Positions 1 to 12,542 are shown, counted from the stretch's first letter. The stretch: DNA of 64,000 bases from Octopus sinensis (GCF_006345805.1 NC_043022.1:25172001-25236000); one strand, 5' to 3'. The notes: generated from the letters alone by a model not told the origin. Made by a program: numbers and translations.

Positions 1-177
1 ACAAACATACATACATACATATACACAGACATACATATATGTATATATATACAAACATACATATATACATACATATATAAGCGTACATATATACATAAAT
101 ACAGATACATACCTATATAATATACACGTATACATACATTTATATATCTATACATATATATATATACATACACATAC

Positions 178-227
<50 letters not shown>

Positions 228-284
228 ATGCGCATATATATGTATACGTGTGTGTATAAATATATCTAAATGCATGTGTGTGTT

Positions 285-340
<56 letters not shown>

Positions 341-1852
341 GGTAAGCAGGCAAAGAATATGGACATAGCTGAAGAAGTGAAGTGAAAAGAAGAAAATAAG
401 GATAAGAAATGACAAGAGGTAAAATGATAATGAAGGACTTTCTAAAAGGGAGAGAGAGAGAGAGGGAGGGAGGAAGAGAGAGAGAGGGAGGGAGGGAGAG
501 AGAGAGAGAGAAAGAGAGAGAAGAGTGATGAGAGTGCGATGGAGCGAGGTATATGATGATGGTAGGGGTGGTGGTGGTGCTGACGATTGGTTGACTGGTT
601 TGGTTTCAAGGGGAAAAAAAGATGAAAAAAAATAAACAACAAAAAAATTCCAAACACAAACGACAGCAAAAATAAACCCCGGGAGAAGATAAAATAAGGC
701 AAAGAAGTTAATTTTTGTAATTTATGTAGGTGATAACTTATCAAATAGACTGTACGGCTCTATAATTGCAGTGCTAAATACTTTTAAACTGTCTCTCGCC
801 AACAACCGAGGAAGCACTAACGCATGCAAACATGGACAACACATATATCTTTTTAACTGTCATATTGCCATAAATATAGCGAAATCACCAGCCGGCTACT
901 GATCCAATTTCTTCCTGCGTATTACTCATACTAAGATAGACTCCAAGATCTCTTACGCATACTGTGAGCATGTATGTGTGCAATATTTGAGGCATATATC
1001 TTAGGTACTGTACAGTACAGTACTTAATTATATCAAAGGGAAATGGAATTTAATTAAAATTTACATTTCCAGTGGTCTAACGTGGTCTGCGACTGAGCAG
1101 TAAAATTTGAAAAGTTAGTTCGTATAAACACGAGACAAGTAGTTTTGTTTATCTCGTGTGTATATGTTTAACCCTAGGTTGCACCTGCTGAGGAAGATCA
1201 GACCTTTTGAGTTCTCCTTGACTCGCTAAAAGAAGATTAGAAACCAATTGGTCCAGGAAACTAGATGGTAAATGTTTTTCATTTCCAAATTTATTCCTGT
1301 CGAATTTTATCCCTAATTTTTGTGGTTATAGAACCTAGCTGTTCTTTCTAGCGTGTATAAATCCCTATAAGTGGATTCCTTATGTGTTTATGTACTGTAC
1401 ATGTAGGGCGGAGCAAAAGTCCCTTGCCATTTTAAAACTTATATTAAAAAGAAAAAGAAAAAAAAAGACTTGAAAAATAAGATCAAAGAAATTTTCCTCT
1501 CAAATATATAAATCTGAAATCCTTGTTTTAATTTTCAAGCTAAGAATAAGGCAATTTAGGTCGAAATATCGGCGAGATAAAGGATTTAGTAGCTTAATTT
1601 GGGGAAACAAATTGTAACGTGTTCATACTTTGTTTTACTGTGTGTGTGTGTGTGTGTGTGCGTGCGTGTGTGTGTATGTGCGTGTGTGTGCTCTCCTTCA
1701 ACGAGCACATAGAAGTGAGAGACCTCGGATTGACTTATCAGCCCCCTATACATAAACGGACTTTTTTTTCGTTTGTTTGTGTATGATCAAATGTGTATGC
1801 ATACACTCCATATATTCCTACAGATGTCTATGGAAGGAAACATACGCGCATT

Positions 1853-1886
<34 letters not shown>

Positions 1887-2472
1887 TAAACATACGTATA
1901 TAAACATGCTTGAACTTCAAACACTATTTACTCCATTCCTATCCGGCCCCTTATTCAATCCCTTAACAACACATTGTCCCCAGCTGGCATCTAATAAACA
2001 TACGGACCCAGAGGGATAAATTTGTCATCGAGAGATTTTCGCTTTTGTATTTTATCTACTAGAAGGTTCTTGTTTTTCTACAAACATCACTACAATCAAC
2101 ATCATAATCATCAACATCAGCATTGACAATCAATCAAAATGTAGGACTTCCAAATGGTCGGTCGAAAGCCTAGAAAGAAGAGCTAAACATCCCTTAAACC
2201 ACTTACTATCTTAAATAAAGTTAGAACATGTAAGCTATCCTTTTGCTTCTGGTGGACGACAAAAAAATAGTTATGTGCATCTTATACGATGCATTAATGC
2301 CGGGATAGACAAACAGCAAACTCAGTGAATGTTACACTTTCAAATACCTTGACTACGGAAGGAAATCAAAGACATAATTGAAATCTTTAACGTTTTGGTC
2401 ATTTACGTAATTTTATCTTAAATGTCCATGCTTGTCTTCAGACTTTTAGCTAGCCCTTATTTCATACGTTAA

Positions 2473-2584
2473 GGGGCATGGCTCAATGGTTAGAGCGTCA
2501 GGCGGACCGGGTTGTGTATTGTGTTCTTGAGCAAGACACTTTATTTCACGTTGCTCCAGTTCACTCAGCTGTAGAAATGAGTTG
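2473..2584 (+). mobile_element. Truncated tRNA-headed SINE (family F), interrupted by a MITE
   Basis: A-box-like TGGCTCAATGG followed by 'gttcttgagcaagacactttatttcacgttgctccagttcactcagctgtagaaatgagttg'. The same block occurs inverted at about 53660-53730. Confidence 0.65.
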
Positions 2585-2705
2585 GGATCTTTTCGGTTTG
2601 AACGGCAGTTTTTTTCTAGCGGTGTCATGAAATTGTCACCCATAATTATGACCCTAGTATCGATCCATTGCTAGAAAAAAACTGTTGTTCAAACCGAAAA
2701 GATCC
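2585..2705. mobile_element. Short MITE with ~36-bp terminal inverted repeats
   Basis: Ends GGATCTTTTCGGTTTGAACGGCAGTTTTTTTCTAGC ... GCTAGAAAAAAACTGTTGTTCAAACCGAAAAGATCC. Related to the element at 10169-10597. Confidence 0.8.
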
Positions 2706-2721
2706 TTTTATAATTATATAT

Positions 2722-2904
2722 ATAATTATAACAAGGGCTTTGGCTTGCGCTTCACCATGCACTGAAAAATAGACGTCAAAAGACACTATTGCCACCGTAA
2801 ATTCTCCGAGAAAAACACAGTGAGAATTTATGGTGGCAATAGTGTACTTTGACGTCTATTTTTCAGTGCGTGGTGAGGTGCAAGCCAAGCCCTTGTTATA
2901 ATTA
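2722..2904. repeat. Near-perfect fold-back palindrome (~84-bp arms, 15-bp spacer), probably a palindromic MITE
   Basis: taattataacaagggc...gccaccgtaaattctc / gagaatttatggtggc...gcccttgttataatta; the arms are reverse complements with only a few mismatches. Confidence 0.85.
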
Positions 2905-3921
2905 GTTCTTCCTATATAGCTAGCTCACTAAAAACCCTCCTTGTAAAATAATAAAGCAGTACATTCATCGTCAACACCAATCCTAACTCAACATTCTCTC
3001 CTTCCGCCAACCTTTGTTCATACAACTTCTATGACCAACGTCTTTATTTTAATAATCAGCCTCTTGTAAGCCAGCTCACTCAAAACCAAAACACGATCAT
3101 CATCAGCACCAGGTCACACTCAGCGTTTTCTTTTCTATCACTCATCGTTTACTCAGTCAATCTTCACTCACTCACTCACTCATTCACTCACTCACTCAGT
3201 CGATCACTCACTCACTCACTCATTCACTCACTCACTGACTCACTCAGTCGATCACTCACTGACTCACTCAGTCGATCACTCACTCGGTCCATCAGTCACC
3301 GCTGCTGCCACTACAGCAAGACCAACATTGCCACCCTCCATCCACCTACAAATGCGCCGTTGCCACACCACCCACGACCACCACCATAGATAATTAGCAG
3401 CATTATCATTAAAACAACTGCCAGAATCAGTTCGACCACAGCCCAAACAACATTCTAATGACGCCATTCAGATTGGGGACACGAAGAATACGGAGAATGC
3501 CGAGAGGGAGGGAGAGCAGCAGAGGAGAGAAAGCGCAAGACGAACTTTTACACCGGAGACAGAGAAGAAAGAATAATAATAATAATAATAATAAATACTA
3601 ATGAACGAATAAATAAATAAATAAATAAATACAGTATTACCATTTGTCAAAGTTTATCGCTAACATTGCACTAATAAAAACGGTTTTTATTTCCGCTTCT
3701 GCAATGATTCTGAAGAGAGGAGGGAAGGAGAGAAGAGAGAAGGGAAAAGACAGTAAGAGAAATGGCACGGAAAAGGGGGGGAGGAAGTGTAGTAGGGTCT
3801 GTCTGCATATGTATGTGTTTGTGTGTGGGGGGGAGGGAGAGAGAGTGGGGGGATATGAGATGGTACCTACCCAGAATGGCACTAAATCACGTCAAATTAG
3901 GGTCAACCATGGAAAGAATGT

Positions 3922-3966
<45 letters not shown>

Positions 3967-4050
3967 CATACACACTACTACCACGACCATCACCACCAAA
4001 TTACATTGATTTGTTGCATAGAAATAGAAATCGGGCCTCAAAACTTTACC

Positions 4051-4104
<54 letters not shown>

Positions 4105-4125
4105 CAGACAGACACACAGACAGAC

Positions 4126-4168
<43 letters not shown>

Positions 4169-4181
4169 CAGACAGACACAC

Positions 4182-4217
<36 letters not shown>

Positions 4218-4431
4218 GCAGACAGACAGACAGACAGAGACGGAGAGGGGGTAGAGATATTCGTGAGGAGAATTAAGTATGTACGGAAATTGAAACGTCT
4301 TGGGGGGTAAATAAATATCGGGAATGTGATGAAAGCCACTTAACAGTCAGAGAACGACGAGAAAAAAAAATAAATGTTTCAAGTAGGCATGACTACTGCG
4401 GGCGACACCTTGGGCAAGTGTCATTTCATAT

Positions 4432-5150
4432 ATATATATAGACGGAGAGCTGGTAGAAACGTTAGCGCGCCGGGCGAAATGCGTAGCCGTATTTCATCTG
4501 TCGTTACGTTCCGAGTTCAAAGTCCGCCGAGGTCGACTTTGCCTTTCATCCTTTCGGGGTCGATAAATTAAGTACCAGTTACGCACTGGGGTCGATGTAA
4601 TCGACTTAATCCGTTTGTCTGTCCTTGTTTGTCCCCTCTGTGTTTAGCCCCTTGTGGGTAGTTAAGAAATATATATATAGACGGAGAGCTGGTAGAAACG
4701 TTAGCGCGCCGGGCGAAATGCGTAGCCGTATTTCATCTGTCGTTACGTTCCGAGTTCAAAGTCCGCCGAGGTCGACTTTGCCTTTCATCCTTTCGGGGTC
4801 GATAAATTAAGTACCAGTTACATACTGGGGTCGATGTAATCGACTTAATCCCTTTGTCTGTCCTTGTTTGTCCCCTCTGTGTTTAGCCCCTTGTGGGTAG
4901 TTAAGAAATATATATATAGACGGAGAGCTGGTAGAAACGTTAGCGCGCCGGGCGAAATGCGTAGCCGTATTTCATCTGTCGTTACGTTCCGAGTTCAAAG
5001 TCCGCCGAGGTCGACTTTGTCTTTCATCCTTTCGGGGTCGATAAATTAAGTACCAGTTACGCACTGGGGTCGATGTAATCGACTTAATCCGTTTGTCTGT
5101 CCTTGTTTGTCCCCCCTGTGTTTAGCTCCTTGTGGGTAGTAAAGAAATAT
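4432..5150 (+). mobile_element. Three head-to-tail near-identical copies (239-bp period) of SINE family B
   Basis: The unit gacggagagctggtagaaacgttagc...gagttcaaagtcc (B-box-like)...gcctttcatcctttcggggtcgataaattaagtaccag...gtagttaagaaa starts at about 4441, 4680 and 4919, with short (TA)n between copies. Confidence 0.9.
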
Positions 5151-5379
5151 ATATATATATATATTCCAAAGGAGGGCAAAAATATCAGTTCACTGACTAA
5201 TGTAATTGAAGTTAATTTCGGAGAGAAAGGGGAAATAACTCTAAACACGATCCGGCATTATCAGACCTTGTCTGTGCTGTTGCCGTCGTCACTGAAGTAG
5301 TAATAGCATTAGCAGTAATAGTAAAAAGAGGAAGAGGAGGCGGTGAATAAGGAGGTGGAGTAGTAGCAGTTACAGTTAC

Positions 5380-5742
5380 AGTAATTGTGGTACTAGAAGC
5401 AGTAGTGGTGCTGGAGGTGGTAGTAGTGGTAGTACTAGTAGTAGTGGTGCTGGGGTGGTAGTAGTAGTGGTGCTGGGGTGGTAGTAGTAGTGGTGCTGGG
5501 GTAGTAGTAATAGTAGTAGTACCAGTAGTGGTGCTGGGGTGGTAGTAGTAGTAGTAGTGGTAGCAGTAGTGGTAGTAGTAGTAGCAGTAGTGGTGCTGGG
5601 GGTGGTAGTAGTAGTAGTGGTAGTAGTAGCAGTAGTGGTGCTGAGGGTGGTAGTAGTAGCAGTAGTGGTGCTAGGGATGGTAGTAGTAGTAGTAGTAGTG
5701 GTAGTAGCAGTAGTGGTGCTGGGGTGGTAGTAGTAGTAGTAG
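5380..5742. repeat. (GTA)n / GTGGTGCTGGGG compound minisatellite
   Basis: Repeating gtagtagtggtgctggggtg motif; explains the poly-T and poly-V ORFs. Confidence 0.85.
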
Positions 5743-6602
5743 TTGCGGTGACAGCAGCATTTGTACAAGTAGTAGTAGTCGTACCAATCAGAGGATGCTA
5801 AGAGTTAAGAATTACCAATGAAAAGTACGATTACACTTTGTGTAGATATTAAGGAACAAAGATTGTAATTTGTGATTTTCAGGTAGAATTAGCTAGAGAG
5901 GTGGGTGGTGGTGGTGGTGGGGTAATGGTAAACGCCTACTAATCGAGAATTGTCCGGGTGATTGAGCATTCGCTCGCGGATAGTACTGCTGTGTGTACGG
6001 AGCAAGTGCGTAGGGGTCAATGTGAGCAAAAACCAACGTATCTTAGGACGTATCTTAGGGAAGCAGATTAAAGGAGGTAGAGAGAGAGAGAGAGTGGCAG
6101 TGACAGGTGCCAAGCTTATCAGATGACTTCCACGCCATCAGGTTCCGTATGTCTTTGAAGTTCCCGAACTTTTATGCGGTCGACTTCCTTTTGTCTTTCT
6201 TTTCTCCATACCCCGACTTCACCCCACAAAAATCGATAAAAATTATTCAAGTAGCCATGATGACTGCATTAACCTGAGAGATGTGTTGATCGACAGACAG
6301 ACGGCTGGTCACAGGCATAAACACACACAAACATATTAATAAAGATGTAGCGCTTAACATGCTATCTTAAAGGTAGCACATTGTCGGTGACAGGGTGTTT
6401 CTTTTATTTATAGAGAGATCATTTATTCTATGCTTTTTTTTTCATACAAAGAAACTACAGGGTCATTTGAAAAAGGGGCTGAAAATCATTAACTAGTGGA
6501 TGTTTCGGTTTACAAAACATTCAGAACAAAAAATATACAAACTCCTGAAACAAAACATTTATGCAAAAAGAAACAAATGCCCCAAAACATGCACGTAATA
6601 CA

Positions 6603-6639
<37 letters not shown>

Positions 6640-6920
6640 TGGTAAAAACAAGAGATGTGACGTTCAACATGGCTACTAGAAATTGATAAGTATCAATGTA
6701 CGAAACTCCCGGCCCTTGAGCTACTCTGTAACTTCTACCGATATTAATATTATATATACTTTTATACTGAATATGATCACAATCGTCGAACGAGCGGCAT
6801 CGTGAAACAGAGTAACAATCTGTGAAGACTTTCTCGGCTTTAATAAAAGCATATTACTCTGACTTCGGTATTCGAGTACTATTTTTTCCCCACCCTGTTT
6901 TTGCATTTATGTGCTTACTC

Positions 6921-7195
6921 GTGAACGAGTGCGGGGGTCACTCCGAAAAGCTCTATCTACGACGATTTCATCTCAATCGAAGGAGAGGGGGCTTTCTCCG
7001 TCTGGGTTGCGGATCCGTGGAATAAGCTGCCGTACGAGATAGTGAACATGCCGATGACCGCTCGGTTCAAAGTTTCTCTTGACCAGAAATGGCCTGAACT
7101 CTTTGTATGACCATCCTCCCTGTACATAACTCCCTGTCCCCCTACATGGCCTTGCTTTGGCTTTTTGAGCCAATAAAAGTTGAATTGAATTGAAT
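6921..7195 (+). mobile_element. 3' fragment of a CR1-type LINE (ORF2 C-terminus + 3' UTR)
   Basis: With one frameshift it reads GHSEKLYLRRFHLNRRR/AFSVWVADPWNKLPYEIVNMPMTARFKVSLDQKW, matching the CR1 signature RGHxxKL...FFSxRVVxxWNxLP...FKxxLD. Ends with AATAAA and a (TTGAA)n tail. Confidence 0.85.
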
Positions 7196-7558
7196 ATGCA
7201 TGTATGTATGTATGTATGTATACACACACACACTCACTCGTGTTTTGAATTCTGTTTACCAAACTTAGCAAATCAAGAAAGCTACGTAACTAACTCAAGG
7301 GTTAATTTTCAGGTGATGCATATACGAAACTGTTGGAACATGAAGACACATAATTGCAAATATTTTCATTTTTTTTCTTGAATTTAGTTAAATATCTTTT
7401 CATCCTATATATAAATATTTTAGTCAAAACGAAAACAAAAACAGAAAGACAACACAAAGTAATAAATAATTCTCCTTTAGACGTCATTTTAAAACTGATG
7501 TATGTGTGTATGTATATATATACACATACAAACATAATATACATATAGATTCTTACAA

Positions 7559-7619
<61 letters not shown>

Positions 7620-8014
7620 AATAAATATGTATGTAAGGATGTATGTGAGTAGAACACTTAAAATGGTTATTGTACAGAGTAAATATTTCATGGGAGAAGA
7701 TTTTGATGTACCTAAACAATCTGAAACCGTGACTCTGGCCTGGTTTGAATCTCTTAAAAACATACCGTCGCAATTTATACATCGTTCGTGGACTGTTATT
7801 CAGACAAAGACAATAGTTACACAACTAGATGGCACTTAAATGGCACAAACTATTAGGATTTGAGGTCTGCTCGGATAGGTTTGAACCGCAATTACTGAGG
7901 TCTGAGAGTGAAAAGTAATCAAAAATAATTCCACTAATACACGCCTAGCTGTGTGGTAAGAAGTTTGCATACGGTTCCGGGTTCAGTCTCACTGCGGCAC
8001 CTTGGGCGGGCAAG

Positions 8015-8582
8015 GGTCCCGGCGGCATTTGAACTCTGAACGTAAACTCAGCAGAAATACTAGCTAAGCTAGTAAGCGTCTTGCTCGGTGTGCTAACGAT
8101 TTTGCCGACTGCGCCACATTTGCTTTCAAATTTTGGCAGAAGGCCGGCGATTTTGGTGGGTGAGGCAAAGCCAATTACGTCGACCCCAGTTCTCAACTGG
8201 TACTTATTTTATCGACCCTGAGAGAATGAAAGGCAAAGTCGACCACGGCGGAATGCGAACTTAAGAAAGTACAGAGAGCCAAATGCCGTTGAGTAATTTT
8301 GTCTGACGAGCTAACGATTCTGCCAGCTCGCCGCCTTGAATAATAATAATAATAATAATAACAGCAATCTTTTTCTACTATAGGCACGAGGCCTGAAATT
8401 TGGGGGCTGGGGTAGTCGATTGCATCGATCCCAGTGTTTCGCAGATACTTAATTTATCGGCCCCGAAAGGATGAAAGGCAAATTCAGCCTCGGCGGAATT
8501 TGAACTCAGAACGTAGCGACGTGCGACATGCCGCTAAGCATTTCGTCCAGCGTGCTAACAATTCCACCAGTTCTCCGCCTTT
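8015..8582 (-). mobile_element. Cluster of SINE family B copies/fragments
   Basis: Reverse-complement matches to family B (ctggtacttattttatcgaccc..gatgaaaggcaaagtcgac..ggcggaatttgaactcagaac..gctaac..tgccagctcgccgcctt) with (AAT)n flanks. Confidence 0.8.
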
Positions 8583-8595
8583 AATAATAATAATA

Positions 8596-8636
<41 letters not shown>

Positions 8637-8637
<1 letters not shown>

Positions 8638-9180
8638 CAGGCAGTAGCTCTCATGGCTTCTGATCTTAACTGATTGGAAGTGTTATCATGTACATTGTTT
8701 CGTCTTGGTATAAAAGATGAGCTACAGCAAATATTCTGCTCAATACCACAGATTTGCTTGTCAGTTGTTTGACCGTAACCAGTTGAGCATGTCCCTTAGT
8801 AGCTGATGATATGTGCATCTCCGATCATGAGCAGAAGTAGCGGGGGAGCATCATAGCCATGTGTTGAGAGGGATTCTTTAGGGTTTGAATAATACACCCC
8901 TGGAAACATGGGTGCTTCGTTCAACATCCTTAAACAACCCTTATTCAAGGACCTTTTGAGTGGGATGGGTTACTCGACCAGAAGAAAATTCTAACTGGGC
9001 CCCACCTGCAAGGTCATGCGCTGTTTATCTTGATTTGAGATCACCATGTTGTGCACATATGGTTGTGATACATGTGCCTGGTGTACCCTTATCAGACAGG
9101 TAGTCATGATGGGTATATTGGGCTTTGTATATTTTACCCCAGTGTCACTTTGATGGCATGCCCTGCTCTCTCACTCAATA
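8637..9180 (+). mobile_element. Non-coding retroposon (family E) inserted in (AAT)n
   Basis: Bounded by (AAT)n on both sides. The 3' end ...ctgctctctcactcAATAAT is the same as in the 5'-truncated copy at 33857-33960. Confidence 0.75.
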
Positions 9181-9419
9181 ATAATAATAGTAATAATAAT
9201 AATAATAATAATAATATAATAATAATAATAATGTTTTCTTTTTATTTGCTAGAAGAGTGACGGATGAAGATGACGTTACAAAGAGAGAAATTATTAAAAA
9301 TACTGTGGCGAGTTGCGGAGAATCGATTTAGAAATAACAGAAAGACATGGAAACCAAGATTTAAAATAACAAAATCAATAATAAATATGAAAGGAAAAAA
9401 GAAGAAAACTGTTACTTAC

Positions 9420-10086
9420 TGACGCATTTTGTGCCGTTAATACCCTGATAGCCGGGTAAGCATTTACAGCTGCCCATAAGGATATCCCAGCTGCCATCGC
9501 TTCGACATAGGTAAGTCGGGTTCGATTCCTCGACGGCGTTTCCCACACACACACCTTTCTTTTGCACCAAGGACGAGACGGTCGGACCTGTCGGCGTCTC
9601 CATAAAAAAAGCGTAGCGAACCGTAACGTTCGGACAGGTAACATAAAAGATCCTGACAGAAAGCAATGTTATACATGCGCCCGTGTCCTGGAAGGCGAAA
9701 TATACTCCTTTTCGCTTGATGGTGACGTGTTTGGTCTCGTTGTTTACTTCCACCTTACGCGGTTGCACATACAGAGTGTCAGCAGCAATTGTATCTATCT
9801 TTGAATAGACGTTGGGCTGCCAGGTCGGCATCTGGTGGTTTGCAAAATCCGATTCGGCCTCATAATAGTAAAGGTTAAACGTCTCCTTGCATTGCTGCAA
9901 GCTACTTGGGTCGTTGTGCCGAACGCATTTTCGCATTGTAAATGTCATCTCTATGTGCAGGCGCTCCGCGTCACCTCGCTCGATATATGGTGTTCTTAAC
10001 CAATTATTAATGTTCGGAGATGTGACATAACAGGAAGAATACGCCTGCACAGTTTCTCCTGCATAACTGCTGCTGCCCAACAACCA
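9420..10086 (-). CDS. Eph: Eph receptor tyrosine kinase internal exon (ligand-binding domain + sushi-like Cys-rich region; equivalent to vertebrate exon 3)
   Basis: Translation WLLGSSSYAGETVQAYSSCYVTSPNINNWLRTPYI...IEMTFTMRKC...CKETFNLYYYEAESD...YSKIDTIAAD...KGVYFAFQDTGACITLLSVRIFYVTCP...FMETPTG...GVCVGNA...YLCRSDGSWDILMGSCKCLPGYQ contains the Eph hallmarks (NNWLRT, CKETFNLYY, KIDTIAAD, GxYxAFQDxGAC). Acceptor ttttcttttcgttttctttAG|TGG (phase 0) and donor A|GTAAGT (phase 1). The exon starts at the conserved Trp, as vertebrate Eph exon 3 does. Confidence 0.96.
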
Positions 10087-10168
10087 CTAAAGAAAACGAA
10101 AAGAAAAACAAAGAAACAACATTTAGTATGTAAAAATATTGAAGAAACAGAGAACAATTAACAATCAA

Positions 10169-10597
10169 GGATCTTTTCGGTTTGAACGGCACTTTTTAAA
10201 ATAATTTCTAGGTAACTAAAAAAAATTTAACTTCGTATACTGGTAGAATGTGTTTATAAAACATCTTTTTCTCTTGGCTTTATTGAGAAAATTCTATAGT
10301 TTGTGAGATATTTGTTGTTTTTTCTTCAATTTTGGCAATTTCAACCAACCAATCAATGACGTGTATTTGAGGTGAAAACATTCTGTGCCGTATGAATATG
10401 TCCCTCGTTTAAGAAACAGATTGGGTTTATTTACATTTGTGAAGAAAAAAATATACCCTTGCCCCCACCCCGAACCCTAATCCTAACTAACCCTAACACA
10501 GATTGAAAGGCAATAAATCGATTCTAGGGTCATAATTATGGGTGACAATTTCATATGACACCGCTAGAAAAAACTGCCGTTCAAACCGAAAAGCTTC
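10169..10597. mobile_element. Non-autonomous DNA element with TIRs and internal (CCCTAA)-like repeats
   Basis: GGATCTTTTCGGTTTGAACGGCA ... TGCCGTTCAAACCGAAAAG; internal aaccctaatcctaactaaccctaac. About 80 bp at the right end match the 2585-2705 element in reverse. Confidence 0.75.
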
Positions 10598-10848
10598 ACA
10601 ATTAATAATAACAACAATAACAATAATAATGGTTTCAAATTTTGGTGCAAGGCCAGCAATTTTAGGGGAGGGGTGAAGTCGATTACATCGATACCAGTAC
10701 TTCGGCTGGTACTTGTTTTATCAACTTCGAAGGGATGAAAGGCAAAGTCGACCATAGCGGAATAATAATGTTTTTTTGTTTTGTTTTCCATTTTGGCACA
10801 ATGCTGGCAATTTTTTTTAAAGGGAGGTTGGGGAATTGATTCAAGGCA

Positions 10849-10892
<44 letters not shown>

Positions 10893-12008
10893 TAATAAAA
10901 ATAATAATAATAATTTGATATTGCAAATAGAATACTTATGTTCATAAGTGAAGAAAATAAAAACAGTATACTTGATACACATTTCTGGAAAAAAAAATTA
11001 GCAATCATCATTTTAAGTGTGTGTGTGTGTGTGTGTGTGCGCGCACGTGTGTGTACATGCGTGCGTATGTGAGAGAGGGTTTAAATTTCTGCGCCTATAT
11101 GAATAGCCGTTTTTTTTTTTCTTCAGTGTCCACAGCGATGTTAGCGCTCGTACTTCTGAACACGGTTCAGGTATGCGAATGTATGTGTGTATGAGAGAAA
11201 GTACAGACAGAATAGAGAGAGAGAGGGGGGGAAATCAGGGACGTGAGAGAGAGAGAGAGAGAGAGAGAAAAGTGATGGTAAGGAATAAGGAACGGGGCAG
11301 GAGGGAGACTGAGGGTTGAGTAAAGTGGGGAGGAATAGACTCTAAGAGAGAGAGAGAGAAATATGAGTAAAAAAAATATCTCTGTAGAATGCACACGTGT
11401 TAAACGTTAAGCGAGGCAGTCGCACGGAATATCTATACCTCGAAGTTAATACCTGATATATTTACCTACTAATATTGCCCCTTTGGGGTGATATCAGAAT
11501 ATTCGCTTTTAATCGCTGCCCCGCTGGCTTCTCTCTCCATTTGCCCCCTCTTGGTGAGGGCTTAGTTTCTTTTGACATAAGGAGAAACAAAGTGCTCTAA
11601 GCAACAATAACAGCAACAGCAAACCTTAATAAAATAGATTCTGTATATCTGCACCCCTGCCAACACATCATCATCATCATCATTAAAGTAATGAACCGGG
11701 TTAAGAGGCGGAGCAGTTTTTTGTTGCTTTTTTTTTTTTTAAATAGGCAACCCAACGTTTATATTTCCATCAGAAAAATCTGAAACTTTCCAATCAAAAG
11801 ATAGTTTTACATGGTATTTCCGGCTCAGAAAGTGATTGGTCTTTTCTACGAAAGCCAAGGTAATCGGATGTTTGTACTGTGGCTACTATTGCTGTAAAGG
11901 GTGGGGTGGGGGTACCAGTGAAGTCCTTAGAGCAATAGTTCCCCTTGTGCGCCTATGGACACCTTTGATTCCTATTTTACTCTGCTGGATTTCCATAGCT
12001 GGTCAATG

Positions 12009-12044
<36 letters not shown>

Positions 12045-12407
12045 ATATATATATACATACACGTAATACATAGGGCAATAATAAATTATTATTAGCAGTG
12101 GCCTAGCAGAAAAAAACGAATTAGTCATTAGACTATATATTATTCATATAGAAATACAGCCTCTTATTGTATTTCTCTCTCTCTCTATATATATATATAT
12201 GTGTGTGTGTGTGTGGTTTTAGAGTCAACTTTTAGCTGCTATTTCCAGCGTGGAGGTGGAAGTATCTCTTAGATACCCTAAATTATAATTTTAATAATAA
12301 TTATTACCTTTGAAGGTTTTTATTCCCATGCTAGCCACTTGATAAGATCGATAATTAACTCAACGATTTTATCCTTATTGATATAAATTATATATATATA
12401 TATAAAT

Positions 12408-12452
12408 ATTCTAGTTTCAGCTCAGAGCTGCGGCCATGCTGATGCACCATCG
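12408..12452 (-). mobile_element. ~45-bp extreme 3' end of the LINE family seen at 51092-51502
   Basis: The reverse complement cgatggtgcatcagcatggccgcagctctgagctgaaactagaa matches the LINE terminus at 51451-51492. Embedded in (TA)n. Confidence 0.75.

Positions 12453-12542
<90 letters not shown>

Noticed and set aside
7627-7839. ORF faintly resembling a mariner transposase C-terminus
   Set aside because: Similarity too weak and no TIRs found.
10470-10497. Interstitial telomere
   Set aside because: Only a few degenerate CCCTAA units, internal to a TIR element.
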